Part shown: positions 1 through 12,059 of the stretch, piece by piece
Numbering within the stretch: position 1 is the first letter of the stretch
Layout: every line of letters begins with the position of its first letter
From: Octopus vulgaris
Lineage: Eukaryota
Direction: 5' to 3'
Length of the DNA: 64,000 nt
Assembly (NCBI GenBank): GCA_951406725.2
Contig: OX597821.1
Coordinates: 81,282,001-81,346,000, forward strand
The notes under the pieces: model-generated
What the model was told of the DNA's origin: nothing
Database searches by the model: none
Seen by the model: only the letters and a program-made list of their open reading frames with translations
Position numbers and translations under genes: made by a program

Positions 1-436
1 TATGTATGTATGTATGCATGTATGTATGAATGTATGTATGTATGTATGTATGTATGTATGTATGTATGTATGTATGTATGTATGTATGAATGCATGCATG
101 TATGTATGTATACATGTATGTATGTATGTGTGTATGTATGTATGAATGTATGTATGTATGTATGTATGTATATATGCATGTATGTATGTATGCATGTATG
201 TATGTATGTATGCATGCATGTATGTATGTGTGTATGTATGTATGCATGTATGTATGTATGTATGTATGTATGTATGTATGTATGTATGTATGTATGTATG
301 TATGTATGTATGTATGTATGTATGTATGCATGTATGTATGTATGTATGTATGTATGCATGCATGTATGTATGCATGCATGTATGTATGCATGTATGTATG
401 TATGTATGAATGTATGCATGTATGTATGTATGTATG

Positions 437-472
<36 letters not shown>

Positions 473-702
473 TGTATGTATGTATGTATGTATGTATGTA
501 TGTATGTATGTATGTATGTATGTATGTATGTATGTATGTATGCATGTATGTATGTATGTATGTATGTATGTATGTATATATGTATGTATGTATGTATGTA
601 TGCATGTATGTATGCATGCATGTATGTATGTATGTATGTATGTATGTATGTATGTATGTATGTATGCATGTATGTATGCATGCAAGTATGTATGTATGTA
701 TG

Positions 703-736
<34 letters not shown>

Positions 737-870
737 TGTATGTATGCATGCATGCATGTATGTATGTATGTATGTATGTATGCATGCATGTATGTATGTA
801 TGTATGTATGTATGTATGTATGTGTGTATGTATGTATGTATGTATGTATGTATGTATGTGTGTATGTGTG
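1..870. repeat. (TATG)n microsatellite, very long, with CATG variants
   Basis: Direct inspection; source of the spurious MYVC ORFs. Confidence 0.98.
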
Positions 871-1097
871 TATGTATCTATATATACACATAATATAAGC
901 CTATCCCTTTGTCTGTGTGTGTGATCTATCAACAACTATTTTTGCTCCATTTTCTATCAAGCAATTTGTCTGTCGATTTTTACATCTTATATATCTACTT
1001 TCATAAATGCACGCACATACACCCATGCATACACATACACACGCTCTCTCTCTCTCTCTCTCTCTCACACACACGCACACATACATACACAGATAGA

Positions 1098-1161
<64 letters not shown>

Positions 1162-1525
1162 CATATATATATATAACGTGTGCTTGATGTAGAAAGATTA
1201 AAGAAAAAAACATACCTTGATATATTGTACGCTAATACTCAGATAAGGATCAATGTCATCACTCCAAATAGGCAAGTACCACGTTCAAGTACTGTTATGA
1301 TGTGTGTGTGTGTGAGTGTGTGTGCACCCGCCAGTGTATATGTATGTTTGTAAGTATATATTTATGCATGTATATATGTATAAATATATGTATGCATAAA
1401 TATATACATACATGCATACGTACGTTCATACACGCACATACACACACACACGTGTACTTTTGCCCTCAGCCATATATATATATATATACACACTTTAACG
1501 ATATTTTTTTCTTTATGCTCTTTTG

Positions 1526-1650
1526 TCTTCTTCTTCTTCTTCTTCTTCTTCTTCTTCTTCTTCTTCTTCTTCTTCTTCTTCTTCTTCTTCTTCTTCTTCT
1601 TCTTCTTCTTCTTCTTCTTCTTCTTCTTCTTCTTCTTCTTCTTCTTCTTC
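1526..1650. repeat. (CTT)n microsatellite
   Basis: Perfect trinucleotide run. Confidence 0.98.
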
Positions 1651-1755
1651 AATAAACACCCACACCTATCTTTGTTATAAATTCTGTTTCAGTCACCAAA
1701 AAAAAAAAAAAAAAAAAAACCCAGTTACATTAACAGCAGCCCTGTCACCTAAATA

Positions 1756-2271
1756 CCGTAAATCCTCGAGTATAGTCCGCCATTGAGTATAAATACGCAG
1801 GGATTTTTAGGGGACTGTACCTCTGAAAAACCTAAACCTTGTGTATAATACGCAACCTTTCTTTAACTTGAGTCAAGGAGGTCTATATAACGTCCTTGGT
1901 TTGTAAAACTGTATACGGTAACGTCCTTTATTATTATTAATGTATATATAACAAAATGCAAACGTGTAGCCTTTTCTGTGCATTTTGTTTGCAGAAAATA
2001 AAGAAATAACAGTAATACCGTTTAATAAATGTTGCTTATTGCAAGTTATGGATGATTCTTTTATGACTTCATTGCTTTCAGGCTTAGCTTAAGGTATTTT
2101 CGCACCTGACATCACAAAATGTGTCTGAATAAACATTGCCGGACAGCAAATAGAGACTCGGACATTGCTTAGAAAATAATTTTCATTTTTAACCTCGTGT
2201 ATAATACGCAGTAGGGATTTTGACCTTTAAATTTTGGGAAAAAAATGCGGATTATACTCGAGGATTTACGG
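1756..2271. mobile_element. Non-autonomous Tc1/mariner-superfamily (Tc2/pogo-type) MITE
   Basis: TIRs CCGTAAATCCTCGAGTATAGTCCGC / GCGGATTATACTCGAGGATTTACGG with TA target duplication on both sides. Confidence 0.9.
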
Positions 2272-2294
2272 TACATTCAATATATTTAAAATTC

Positions 2295-2843
2295 TTTACG
2301 TTCTGAGTTCAAATTCCGCCGAGGTCGACTTTGCCTTTCATCCTTTCGGGGTCGATAAATTAAGTACCAGTTGTGTACTGGGTCGATCTAATCGACTACC
2401 ACCCTCTCCCTCAAAATTTCGGGCCTGGTGCCTAGAATAGAAAAGATTATTTTAAGGCAGAAAAGTTAGCACGCCGGGCGAAATACATTGCAGTATTTCG
2501 TCTGTCGTTACGTTGTGAGTTCAAATTCCGCCGAGGTCGACTTTGCCTTTCATCCTTTCGGGGTCGATTAAATAAGTACCAGTTACGCACTGGGGTCGAT
2601 GTAATCGACTTAATCCGTTTGTCTGTCCTTGTTTGTCCTCTCTGTGTTTAGCCCCTTGTGGGTAGTAAACAAATAAGTATTTCGTCTGCAGTTACGTTCT
2701 GAGTCCAAATTCCACCGAGTTTGACTTTTCCTTTCATCCTTTCAGGGTCGATAAATTAAGTACCAGTTGCGTACAGGAGTCAATCTAATCGACTGGCCCC
2801 CGCCTCCAAAATTTCGGGCCTTGTGCCTAGAGTAGAAAAGAAT
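2295..2843 (+). mobile_element. Cluster of three partial SINE family B copies (tRNA head plus Meta/MESC-like domain)
   Basis: Repeated GAGTTCAAATTCCGCCGAGGTCGACTTTGCCTTTCATCCTTTCGGGGTCGATAAA..AAGTACCAG. Confidence 0.85.
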
Positions 2844-3439
2844 ATATTTAAAATTCAACTTCATTCGCTGCGACAGTTTTTGCATGAGCTTTTAAAAATT
2901 TCTCATTAACGTACTGAGCAAAAGGCGGCGAACATGGCTCATAATGTTCTGAGTTCAAATCCTGCAGATATTAACTATGCATTTCATCTTTCCGGGGGTC
3001 AATAATATAAAGTACTAGTCAGTTATTGGTACCGATGATATCGATTATTCCCTCCTCCTCAAAATTTCTGGTGGATAGTCAAATGATAATTTGATTTTGG
3101 GGCAAAAAAATGAATGAACATGACAAAGAAATGATCAATTTGAGCTTAGCTGCAGTCCAACAGGCAACAGAAGATTGTCACTAATGACTTGTAGTGACAC
3201 GGCATTTTGTTATGCAACCATAATATACAACAAAATATATCAAACGATTTTACAAGTCAATAGCGTGTACTATTGTGTTAGCAGTGCGTTTAAGTCCATA
3301 GAAATTATAGCCAGCCTCTGATATTGTTACCACGTTTCGTATCTGAGACGGCAGATGTAAACGATGAGATCCAAGATTTAAACAATGGGTGATTGGTGTA
3401 TATACTATATTTCGGGAGTTTTTGCTATTTCATCAACAC

Positions 3440-3850
3440 CAGGGCTGGCGAAATTTTTTTTCCACGAGAGTTCCGGACCCCAGTTATGAACTCTTTTGCA
3501 TACAGCCAATCAGAGCTCAACTATCAAACTGATTTATGAGCGCATAACATGTGAGGGACCACAAGATAAGGTCACTTAGGTAAGGAATGACCATGTTTCA
3601 TTTCTCTTTTAATAATGCTCGTTGTTCTTCTTCTTGTTTCAACCATGGCTGCCTCTGCGTAGTTATTTGTATTGTTGTTTACTTTGTAAAACAGTAAGGG
3701 AAGAGGGTTGCTAGCACATCACCCTCTACCCACATTTTTCCCATCCGCATCTTTATCGTATGGGGCCCTAACAAAGTCCGATAATAGGTATAGATGCAAA
3801 TCTATCTAATTACTTGTCTCCTTCCAAAATCAGGCAGAACCGTGACAGTT
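3440..3850 (+). mobile_element. Left part of a TIR element (hAT-like termini), same family as 5961-6773
   Basis: Starts CAGGGCTGGCGAAATTTT; collinear with 5965-6230 and 6511-6610. Confidence 0.7.
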
Positions 3851-3854
3851 GCAG

Positions 3855-4498
3855 GAAATTTTATAAGCATAACACTTGGAACATCAGAAGGGTCTGCACA
3901 TAAACATCTGTCATTTCTTCTGTTAACTTTTTGATATTGGTCGAAGTTTTTCTCGTTTGAGAAAAACCAAATCATCAAATCTTCTGCTGGATTTTTTCAG
4001 TTTGTTTAAGAGCCTTTTAGATCTGATATAGTGATTTTCTTTTGCTTTTTGAGACACATTGACCCTTCCTCATTATATAAGACTTATACCTGATGTCTTC
4101 ATGGACAACATTTCCTACTGTTCCTTCCGACACATAGAGATCTTTTGCAATTTACCTCATGGAATTTCTGGGATTGTAATCAATGGTCTGTTGAGCTAGC
4201 TGGATAAATTCAGGTGTTCTGATGGTTTCAGAGCGTTTAGAATGCTTTTTATGCTTTGATATTGGTGATATGTTTCCATCTTCAGTCTCTCGCTCCTTAC
4301 AAACTTTGTAGACGAAAAATCTGGCAACTTTTAAAACTCGAAGTATTTCCAAATCACTAATCTCAGCCTTTGTAACCACAATAACAGCATACCTCTTCAT
4401 TTCTTGGGTAAGCTGAGGTTCTGCCATTTTCTGGAGCAAAGATTATACAGAATTAGCAAAAAATGCAGCAACAACCCCAAAATATCTTACGCATCCTG
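3855..4498 (-). mobile_element. Tc1/mariner maT (DD37D-type) transposon 5' fragment
   Basis: ORF 4152..4439 RTPEFIQ..QQTID.NP..SMR continues out of frame as IAKDLYVSEGTV..VVHEDIRYKSY; terminus TA-CAGGATG. Confidence 0.65.
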
Positions 4499-5027
4499 TA
4501 TATAAATGTACGATCCAAGGATCCGGTGTAGGAAGAAACTTAGCTTCAAGCAATCCGTAGTAAATATTTTTTTAAAAATGACTTTCAGGAACGAAAGTGG
4601 TTTATTGAGTCGGAGGGTGAATGTTTTCATATCGAAGTCTGATAACCTGCAATTGTTTTTTTTTATATTTCACGGTAGGCAACCAGGGTTGCCGGGAATA
4701 CAAATAAGAATACAGGAGTTGAGGAATGGAATAGATAACATCCGGGCAACATATGTTTCATAGTAAATGGAACCTCAGACGGGGTAATTATCGAAGCGAG
4801 GTATACACCAGATGCTATTCGTCAGGCCAAGGGTATCTGGATTAATTGATGATTACATTGTCGCAAGGATGTACATGTTAACATACAGAAGAGTAGCCTG
4901 CGGTATACACAGCCCGCCTGGATATTCATCACTTCCGAGGTTCCGCTCGCTATGAAACATATATAGCCCGGATCTTTTCTACTACATTCTTAACTCCTGT
5001 ATGTATATATATATATTCAATATAAGG

Positions 5028-5190
5028 AAGTAGCTCGCTTACGAACCACATGATTCCGGGTTCAGTCCCACTCCGTGGCACCTTGGGCAAGTGTCTTCTA
5101 CTATAGCCTCGGGCCGACCAAAGCCTTGTGAGTGGATTTGGTAGACGGAAACTAAAAGAAGCCCGTCATGTATATATGTATGTATGTATG

Positions 5191-5260
<70 letters not shown>

Positions 5261-5478
5261 TATATGTCTGTGTTTCTCCCCACCAACATCGCTTGACAGT
5301 CGATGCTGGTGTGTTTACGTCCCCGTAACTTAGCGGTTCGGCAAAAAGAGACCGATAGAATAAGTACTAGGCTTACAAAGAATAAGTCCTCAGGTCGATT
5401 TGATCGACTAAAGGCGGTGCTCCAGCATGACCACAGTCAAATGACTGAAACAAGTAAAAGAGTAAAAGAGTAGAAGAG
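5028..5478 (+). mobile_element. SINE family A (tRNA/CORE-type, internal microsatellite)
   Basis: GGTTCAGTCCC B-box, GTGGCACCTTGGGCAAG CORE-like motif, tail GGCGGTGCTCCAGCATG..TGACTGAAAC(AGTAAAAG)n. Confidence 0.88.
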
Positions 5479-5960
5479 ATGAAAATACGTCCTACAAAAC
5501 ATATCACACCTGTATTAGTTACAAAGGTAAACTATGTTGTTATATTCTGAATCGACATTCTAATCAAGTGGAACATTTACAAAAAGAGGACCCCGAGTCA
5601 AGTTTACAAAAAAGAAAAAAAAACACACCTCTTGACATACTGATTCACTCTCTATAGCAATACTCGAGTATCAGAGTTATCAGGCGTGTACACACTTGCA
5701 TAAATGATATTCTACAATAAGTTACGTCCTGGCATTTTTCCTAAATTTCTCTTGGCTCTCGGGGTTATCGAACAACTTTCCCTCGTAGACCTCAATGTCT
5801 GTTTATAAGACATTTCTGATATATTCGCAACCGATTTGAAATATTACCAATAAGGCGCAAGCATAGCTGAGTGGTTGAGAAACTCGTTTTAGAACTACGT
5901 ACGTGGTTCCAAATTCAGTTGGCATATTGGGAAAAATGTCTTCCAGCTTCAGCTCCGGGT

Positions 5961-6773
5961 CAGAGAAATTTTTTTCCCATGAGAGTTCCGGACCCCAGTT
6001 ATGAACTCATTTGCATACAGCCGATCAGAGCTAAACTATCAAACTTATTTATGAGCGCATAACATGTGAGGGACGATAAGGTAAGGTCACTTGGGTCAGG
6101 AATGACCATATTTCATTTCTCTTTTAATAATGCTTGTTGTTCTTGTTCTTGTTTCAACCATGGCTGCCTCTGCGTAGTTATTTGTATTGTTGTTTACTTT
6201 GTAAAACAGTAAGGGGAAAGGGCTGCCAGGATATAATAATAATAATAATAAACATTGTGTACAGTGCTCAGGTGCACTACAACTCATCGAAAGTGTATAT
6301 ATAATCAGGTGTAGTTTCGACGGATTTCGGAAAGCATGAGGGCCTTAAAGGATGCAGTGTCATGGCAGTCAACAACTGACGCAGGCAGTTTATTCCATGC
6401 TTCAGCAACTCTGAGTGTGAAAAAATGTTTCCGAAAGTCATGGGAGCTGTGTTGTTTTCTGACTTTGTAGGCATGTCCACGTGTGTTAGACACATGGAGA
6501 TCAAAAAGGTGTTATTTTCCCCATCCATATCTTTACCATATGGGGCCCTAACAAAATCCGGTATAGATTCAAATCTGTCTAATTACTTGTCTCCTTCCAA
6601 AATCAGACATAACTTGGCGATCAGTCGACTTACAACACCGTTCTTCATCCTGAGTTTATTTGGTAGAGTGTGTTTGTTAACTTGACATGGTCAAGGTGAG
6701 CCATGATTGGTTGCATGCAAATGAGTTCATTACTGAGGTCTGCAACTCACGTGGGAAAAAAATTTCGCCTCTG
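5961..6773. mobile_element. Non-autonomous TIR element inserted into a SINE A (5853-6866)
   Basis: About 65-nt imperfect TIRs GAAATTTTTTTCCCA.G.GAGTT.C.GACC.CAGT.ATGAACTCATTTGCAT; SINE A resumes at 6774. Confidence 0.8.
6231..6510 (-). mobile_element. CR1/L2-clade LINE 3' end nested in the TIR element
   Basis: TRGHAYK..RKHFFTLRVAEAWNKLP ORF2 C-terminus followed by a (TTA)n tail. Confidence 0.85.
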
Positions 6774-6829
6774 GGCCCGACCAATGCCTTGTGAGTAAAT
6801 TCGGTAGATGGAAACTGTGCGGATGCCTA

Positions 6830-6868
<39 letters not shown>

Positions 6869-7792
6869 GGAAAACTAGAAGGAAGAAGAAACCGGAAAGA
6901 CAGATGGAAAACATTTGATGGTCGGTTTTATCAGTTTGTCTTCAGAACTTTGCAAATTCGTGGGTGGGACAGAAGATCGTGGAGATCCACCACTGCCAAC
7001 GCCTGTAGGCGTGGCACATGAAAAAGACTAATGCATGAAAATAAATAACAGATGGGACGGTCACTGCTAGAATGCTTTTTATGCAGTGGTGTAGTTAGAG
7101 TGTGACACTCGGGGCAGCCCTTCAGTTTGTGCCTTTACTCCCACCTCCATCTCCCAGTTTATACACAGCAGATCCACAAATATCACCCAAGATGGAGCTC
7201 TCGCTTACCTCACCCTCGTCCCCTCTTATTTACGCTAGTATTTTGATCATAAGTTTTTTTTCGATATAAACCGACTAAACAATAATGAAACGAACAAGTA
7301 AAGTTCTCCTTAGTCGCTCCACCTGCTAGAAATAGCAACTAAAAACCTCGCATGTAGCACCCTAGCTCTCCAAGAAAGACAAAAAAAAGCATACATTCAG
7401 ATTGTATGATGGAGTCCTGTACTTACAGTAAGACGGTGGTCAGAGTGAATAGAAAATCCTTGACCATCGTCCTGTCTGCTCGACCATGGGTCAATCTAGG
7501 TTTAAAGAATACCTGGGTGGATTTGGCTATTGAGAATACAGGTGTTGGGGCTCTCAATTCAAATAGACTTCCTTCTATTTTATGTACCCAAATCGAAAAA
7601 TCAGTAGAAACTCCCACTTCGACTATCAGTCCCTCATCCGCTTGTCACATTGTGGCTCCCCCCTCCCTCAGATCAATATTTACTTATTGGTTATGATGAC
7701 GAAAGACCAAAGATTAATCTCTCACGACTCACTGACACTTGGCTACCCGAACTCTGTAATCCGGGTGCAATCTGCAAACTTCTACACACGCG

Positions 7793-7836
<44 letters not shown>

Positions 7837-8371
7837 TTCAAGAGAATTTTTCTGAAGACTAAAAAGGTGGGAGGGGAGTAACATTACCGAAAAGGTGTGG
7901 CATCCGTAATATTAAAGGTGTGTTCATAGCGATATTAAGGACGTGATTGGCTGGTTGCTTGCTTACTTTCTTATAACATAGAGGCGTGGCTAGTGGAACT
8001 CAGACACTCCCTAACTTACTGAAGTGATCACTTATTAAGATAGATTAAGGAGGTGGGTGTGGTGGTGGACAGTCCCCACCCTCTTCCTATTGTCATCCCG
8101 TATGGCAATGAGGCTAATACCCTAACAGGTAATTCAGACTAGCATAAGATAATGCTATCTTTTCGTAACCTATTTATTTGGAGTTTTGCCTTTTAGCCGT
8201 TCATGTCTGCCGGTCATTTGTTGTACACTCGAAGTAGAATTCGATAAACAAGGGATCTGGAAAGAACCGTTAGGACACTTGTAAGGGAAACAGCTTTTGT
8301 CTTACCTACACACAAACATAGTTATACTTATAGATACACACGGATACTCATATACGTACATGTGTGCGTGT

Positions 8372-8410
<39 letters not shown>

Positions 8411-8725
8411 TATGTGTATGTATGTGTGTGTGTGCATGTGTGTGTGTATATTTCTTTCTTTCTCTCTCTCTCTGAAAGTGTATGTGTGTGTGTGTGTGCA
8501 TCGATACATAAATACAAACACATACACACAAACACACACACACATACACACACACACACACAAACACACACACGCGCGCAAATACATACATACATGCGTA
8601 TATACCTACAAACATACATGCTCAGATATGTACCTACATTCATACGTGAATAAGTACAAACGTATACACAATACATACAAATACACGTGTACGCAAGCAA
8701 GCACACACACACACACACACACACG

Positions 8726-8757
<32 letters not shown>

Positions 8758-9760
8758 TAGAGAGAGAGAGAGAGAGAGGCTGTGATCCAGCACAGACCCT
8801 TAGCCACGCTGGTTGAAATCCACTAAGGACCCCAAGAACCCAGTAATCTGTGACTCAACGCAATGCAAAACGAAGGAGAAGAACGGACGGACGGAGACCC
8901 ACAGCCGTGAGAAGGTGAGTAGGATGGAATTTATTTATTGACTCTATTTTACCAAAATATGACCGTGCGGGTCTTGTCCGTCGCTAATGGGGTGCACCGG
9001 ACGGCACTGACCCCTTCTCTCTTCAATGGTGCACCCTCAGTTTTACAATGACACCCTATTTCGAAACTCCGTTATTACAAATTAGTGCCCAACCAGAATA
9101 TCCTGCAGCAATCCCAGGCACCAGAGTCTGGTGACGGGCCTGCGTGTGGTTATGAAGCTCACATTACAAGCATGTGGTTTCGGGTTCAGTTCCACTGGGT
9201 GGCATCGTTCGGCAAGTGGTTTTTTTTTGTTTTTTTACTATACCTCTGGCCCGACCAATGCTTTGTGAATGAATTTGGTAGACGGAATCTGTGTGGAAGC
9301 TCACCGTGTATGTGTGTGTGTGTGCGCGCGGGTGTGTGTGTGTGTGTGTGTGTGTTGGAAGTGCGCGTGTGTTTGTCCTCCCACTGTTTGACAATCGTTG
9401 TTGGTTCGTTTACGTTCCCATAACTTGAATAAGAAGTAACCAAATCTTCCTCTAATAATATCAGAACCACCTTTGCCTGAGTGGCGTTCGTTACGTAGGT
9501 TCTGGTCCCTCTTCCTACATGCACACACGCACGCACGCACACACACACACACGCACACACACACACACGCACACACACACGCACGCACATGCAACATTCT
9601 CCCTTTCTCTTTCTCTCTCTCCCTCTTCCTTGTTCTCTCTCTCTCACAGTTTTCTTTTATTAAAACTGAAACTGAGAGTTTGTGTCGCGACTCAGGTTTC
9701 ACATCCTCTTAGAATATCTATTGAGCACTCCTTTCTCATTCGCTCGACATTAACCTACAT

Positions 9761-9803
<43 letters not shown>

Positions 9804-9827
9804 TGTGTGTGTGTCTGTAGTATATAT

Positions 9828-10235
9828 TTCTTTACTACCCACAAGGGGCTAAACGTAGAGGGGACAAACAAGGAGAGACAAACGGATTAAGTCGATTACA
9901 TCGACCCCAGTGCGTAACTGGTACCTTTTTTATCGAGTCCGAAAGGATGAAAAGGCAAAGTCGACCTCGGCGGAATTTGAACTCAGAACGTAACGGCAGA
10001 CGAAATACCGCTATTTCTTTACTACCCACAAGGGGCTACACACAGAGGGGACAAACAAGGACAGACAAACGGATTAAGTCGATTATAACGACCCCAGTGC
10101 GTAACTGGTACTTATTTAATCGACCCCGAAAGGATGAAAGGCAAAGTTGACCTCGGCGGAATTTGAACTCAGAACGTAACGGCAGACGAAATACCGCTAA
10201 GCATTTCGCCCGGCGTGCAAACGTTTCTGCCAGCG
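9828..10235 (-). mobile_element. SINE family B, two tandem copies
   Basis: Reverse complement of the family B consensus, duplicated at about 187 nt spacing. Confidence 0.85.
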
Positions 10236-10682
10236 CTACTAATAATAATCTACTCTAGGTCGAGGTCGATAAAATAAGCAGGGTTTGAGCACTAGAGACG
10301 ATGTAATACTCTGGGACACTTCTCCAAATTCCAAGAACTGTAATTAAAATAAATTGTCCTATTTAGAGCGACGTTTGGGTGTTTATGTCAGAAATCCTTA
10401 TAAACTATTGCGTAAGGTGATAGCCGCTGGGCGATATGGCTATTTAGTTTCGCCCCAGGGATAACTTCTACAACAGTTTCGGTTTGACTGATACCGTTTG
10501 AGTGGAACATGTTAACCCAGTACAGCCTGTTGCACGGTCGAACTGAAGGTGACTAAACTAGCAAGATCACCAAGCTTGCTGGGTGAGTAGCATTGTTTTT
10601 GGACACACTGTGGGATGAGAACAAAACAAAAATCTTTCAAAGGTTGGATGAACTCAGGAGAGTCAAAGGACATCCAATTATG

Positions 10683-10730
<48 letters not shown>

Positions 10731-10762
10731 TTTATTTTAAGCAGCAGAAAATTCAACAAAAT

Positions 10763-10800
10763 CTGTTACTCTGAGTTTCTCGTTGCCGTTCATCAGACAG
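10763..10800 (-). ncRNA. Minimal type I hammerhead ribozyme motif (Penelope-like pLTR remnant)
   Basis: Minus strand reads CUGU-CUGAUGA-ACG GCAA CGA-GAAAC UCAGA GUA-ACAG: canonical core, stem I CUGU/ACAG, GNRA-capped stem II with one closing mismatch, GUA cleavage triplet. Confidence 0.6.
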
Positions 10801-10816
10801 TTTTTATATATATATA

Positions 10817-11020
10817 ATTCTTTTATTCTTTTACTTGTTTCAGTCATTTGACTGCGGCCATGCTGGAGCTCCACTTTTAGTCGAGCAAATCAACCCCAGG
10901 ACTTATTCTTTGTAAGCCTGGTTCTTATTCTATCGGTCCCTTTTACCGAACCGCTAAGTTATGGGGTGGTAAACACACCAACATCTGTTGTCAAGTGATG
11001 GTGTGAGGACAAACATAGAC

Positions 11021-11057
<37 letters not shown>

Positions 11058-11297
11058 CATACATACATACATACATACATACATACATACATACATACAC
11101 ACACATACACACACACACACACACATATATACTCACACGCATACGACAGGCTTCTTTTAGTTTCCGTCTACCAAATCCACTCACAAGTCTTTGGTCGACC
11201 CGAAGCTACAGTAGAACACGCTTGCTCAGAGTGCCACGCAGTGGGATTGAACCCAGAACCATGTGGTTGAGAAGCAAGCTTCTTATCACTCATACAC
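10817..11297 (-). mobile_element. SINE family A, full length
   Basis: Reverse complement of family A head, microsatellite and tail. Confidence 0.85.
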
Positions 11298-11461
11298 GCC
11301 TGTCCTGTCATAGAGTCTCGTCAGCCTCTCAAACCTAAAGACATGCGTGAAGTTAAGGTCTTTGTGGATGTGAAACCATTGGTCATTCTACAACCGGACA
11401 TAAACGGAATTACTTTTAATACGTTACTTCTCTACGCTTTTTCGGATATATGATACATTGA

Positions 11462-11503
<42 letters not shown>

Positions 11504-11646
11504 TACGGAGATGTACTTGCATAGCAAGTGACCTGATCTGAGATCGTGTGTTGAAACAAAAGACTATTGCAGCGTGGAAGGTGTTTATAAGCCATTTAAA
11601 AACATTCACGAAAACAGTTAGATTCACTTCAACATTTAAATTTAAT

Positions 11647-11695
11647 TTGCCAAAATATTTTCGTCGCTTTGAGACCGCGACCTGTTCACTGACAA
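11647..11695 (-). ncRNA. Hammerhead-like motif, G3-C8 core variant (left arm of palindrome)
   Basis: Minus strand reads UUGUCA-GUGAACA-G-GUCGC ggucucaaa GCGAC-GAAA AUAUUU-UGGCAA. Confidence 0.5.
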
Positions 11696-11715
11696 AATTC
11701 CGTCAGCATGGAATA

Positions 11716-11764
11716 TTGTCAGTGATCAGGTTGCGGCCTCAAAGCGACGAAAATATTTTGGCAA
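11716..11764 (+). ncRNA. Hammerhead-like motif, G3-C8 core variant (right arm of palindrome)
   Basis: Plus strand reads UUGUCA-GUGAUCA-G-GUUGC ggccucaaa GCGAC-GAAA AUAUUU-UGGCAA. Confidence 0.5.
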
Positions 11765-11788
11765 ATTGAATTAAAATGTTGAAGTAAA

Positions 11789-11862
<74 letters not shown>

Positions 11863-12059
11863 GTATATGTATATGCATGTGTGTGTGTGTCTGTGTGTGT
11901 GCGCGTACACGCGCTAGAGAAGTACAGTAAGAGTACACATGTCTGTAGAATGCTCACCCATTTACACATTGATTCAGGAGGAGATAATTGATTTAAGCGA
12001 ACAACAGAATCATCATTGTCGAACGACGGAGAACCACGCGCGCGCGCAACACTTAAAGA

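Larger units (their letters stand above)
11618..11793. repeat. Near-perfect inverted repeat (84-nt arms, 8-nt loop); Penelope-like inverted pLTR remnant
   Basis: TTAGATTCACTTCAACAT...GACAAAATTCC gtcagcat GGAATATTGTC...ATGTTGAAGTAAATCTAA; the host element is flanked by (TA)n. Confidence 0.9.

Noticed and set aside
10-924. 304-aa and 267-aa Cys/Met/Tyr/Val-rich ORFs
   Set aside because: Translations of the (TATG)n microsatellite, which has no stops in these frames.
1302-1786. Poly-Leu, poly-Lys and poly-Ser ORFs
   Set aside because: Frames of the (CTT)n repeat.
5039-5328. Recurrent small ORFs ([23 protein letters not shown]) here and at 11, 47, 60 and 62 kb that look like a gene family
   Set aside because: Translations of SINE family A copies.
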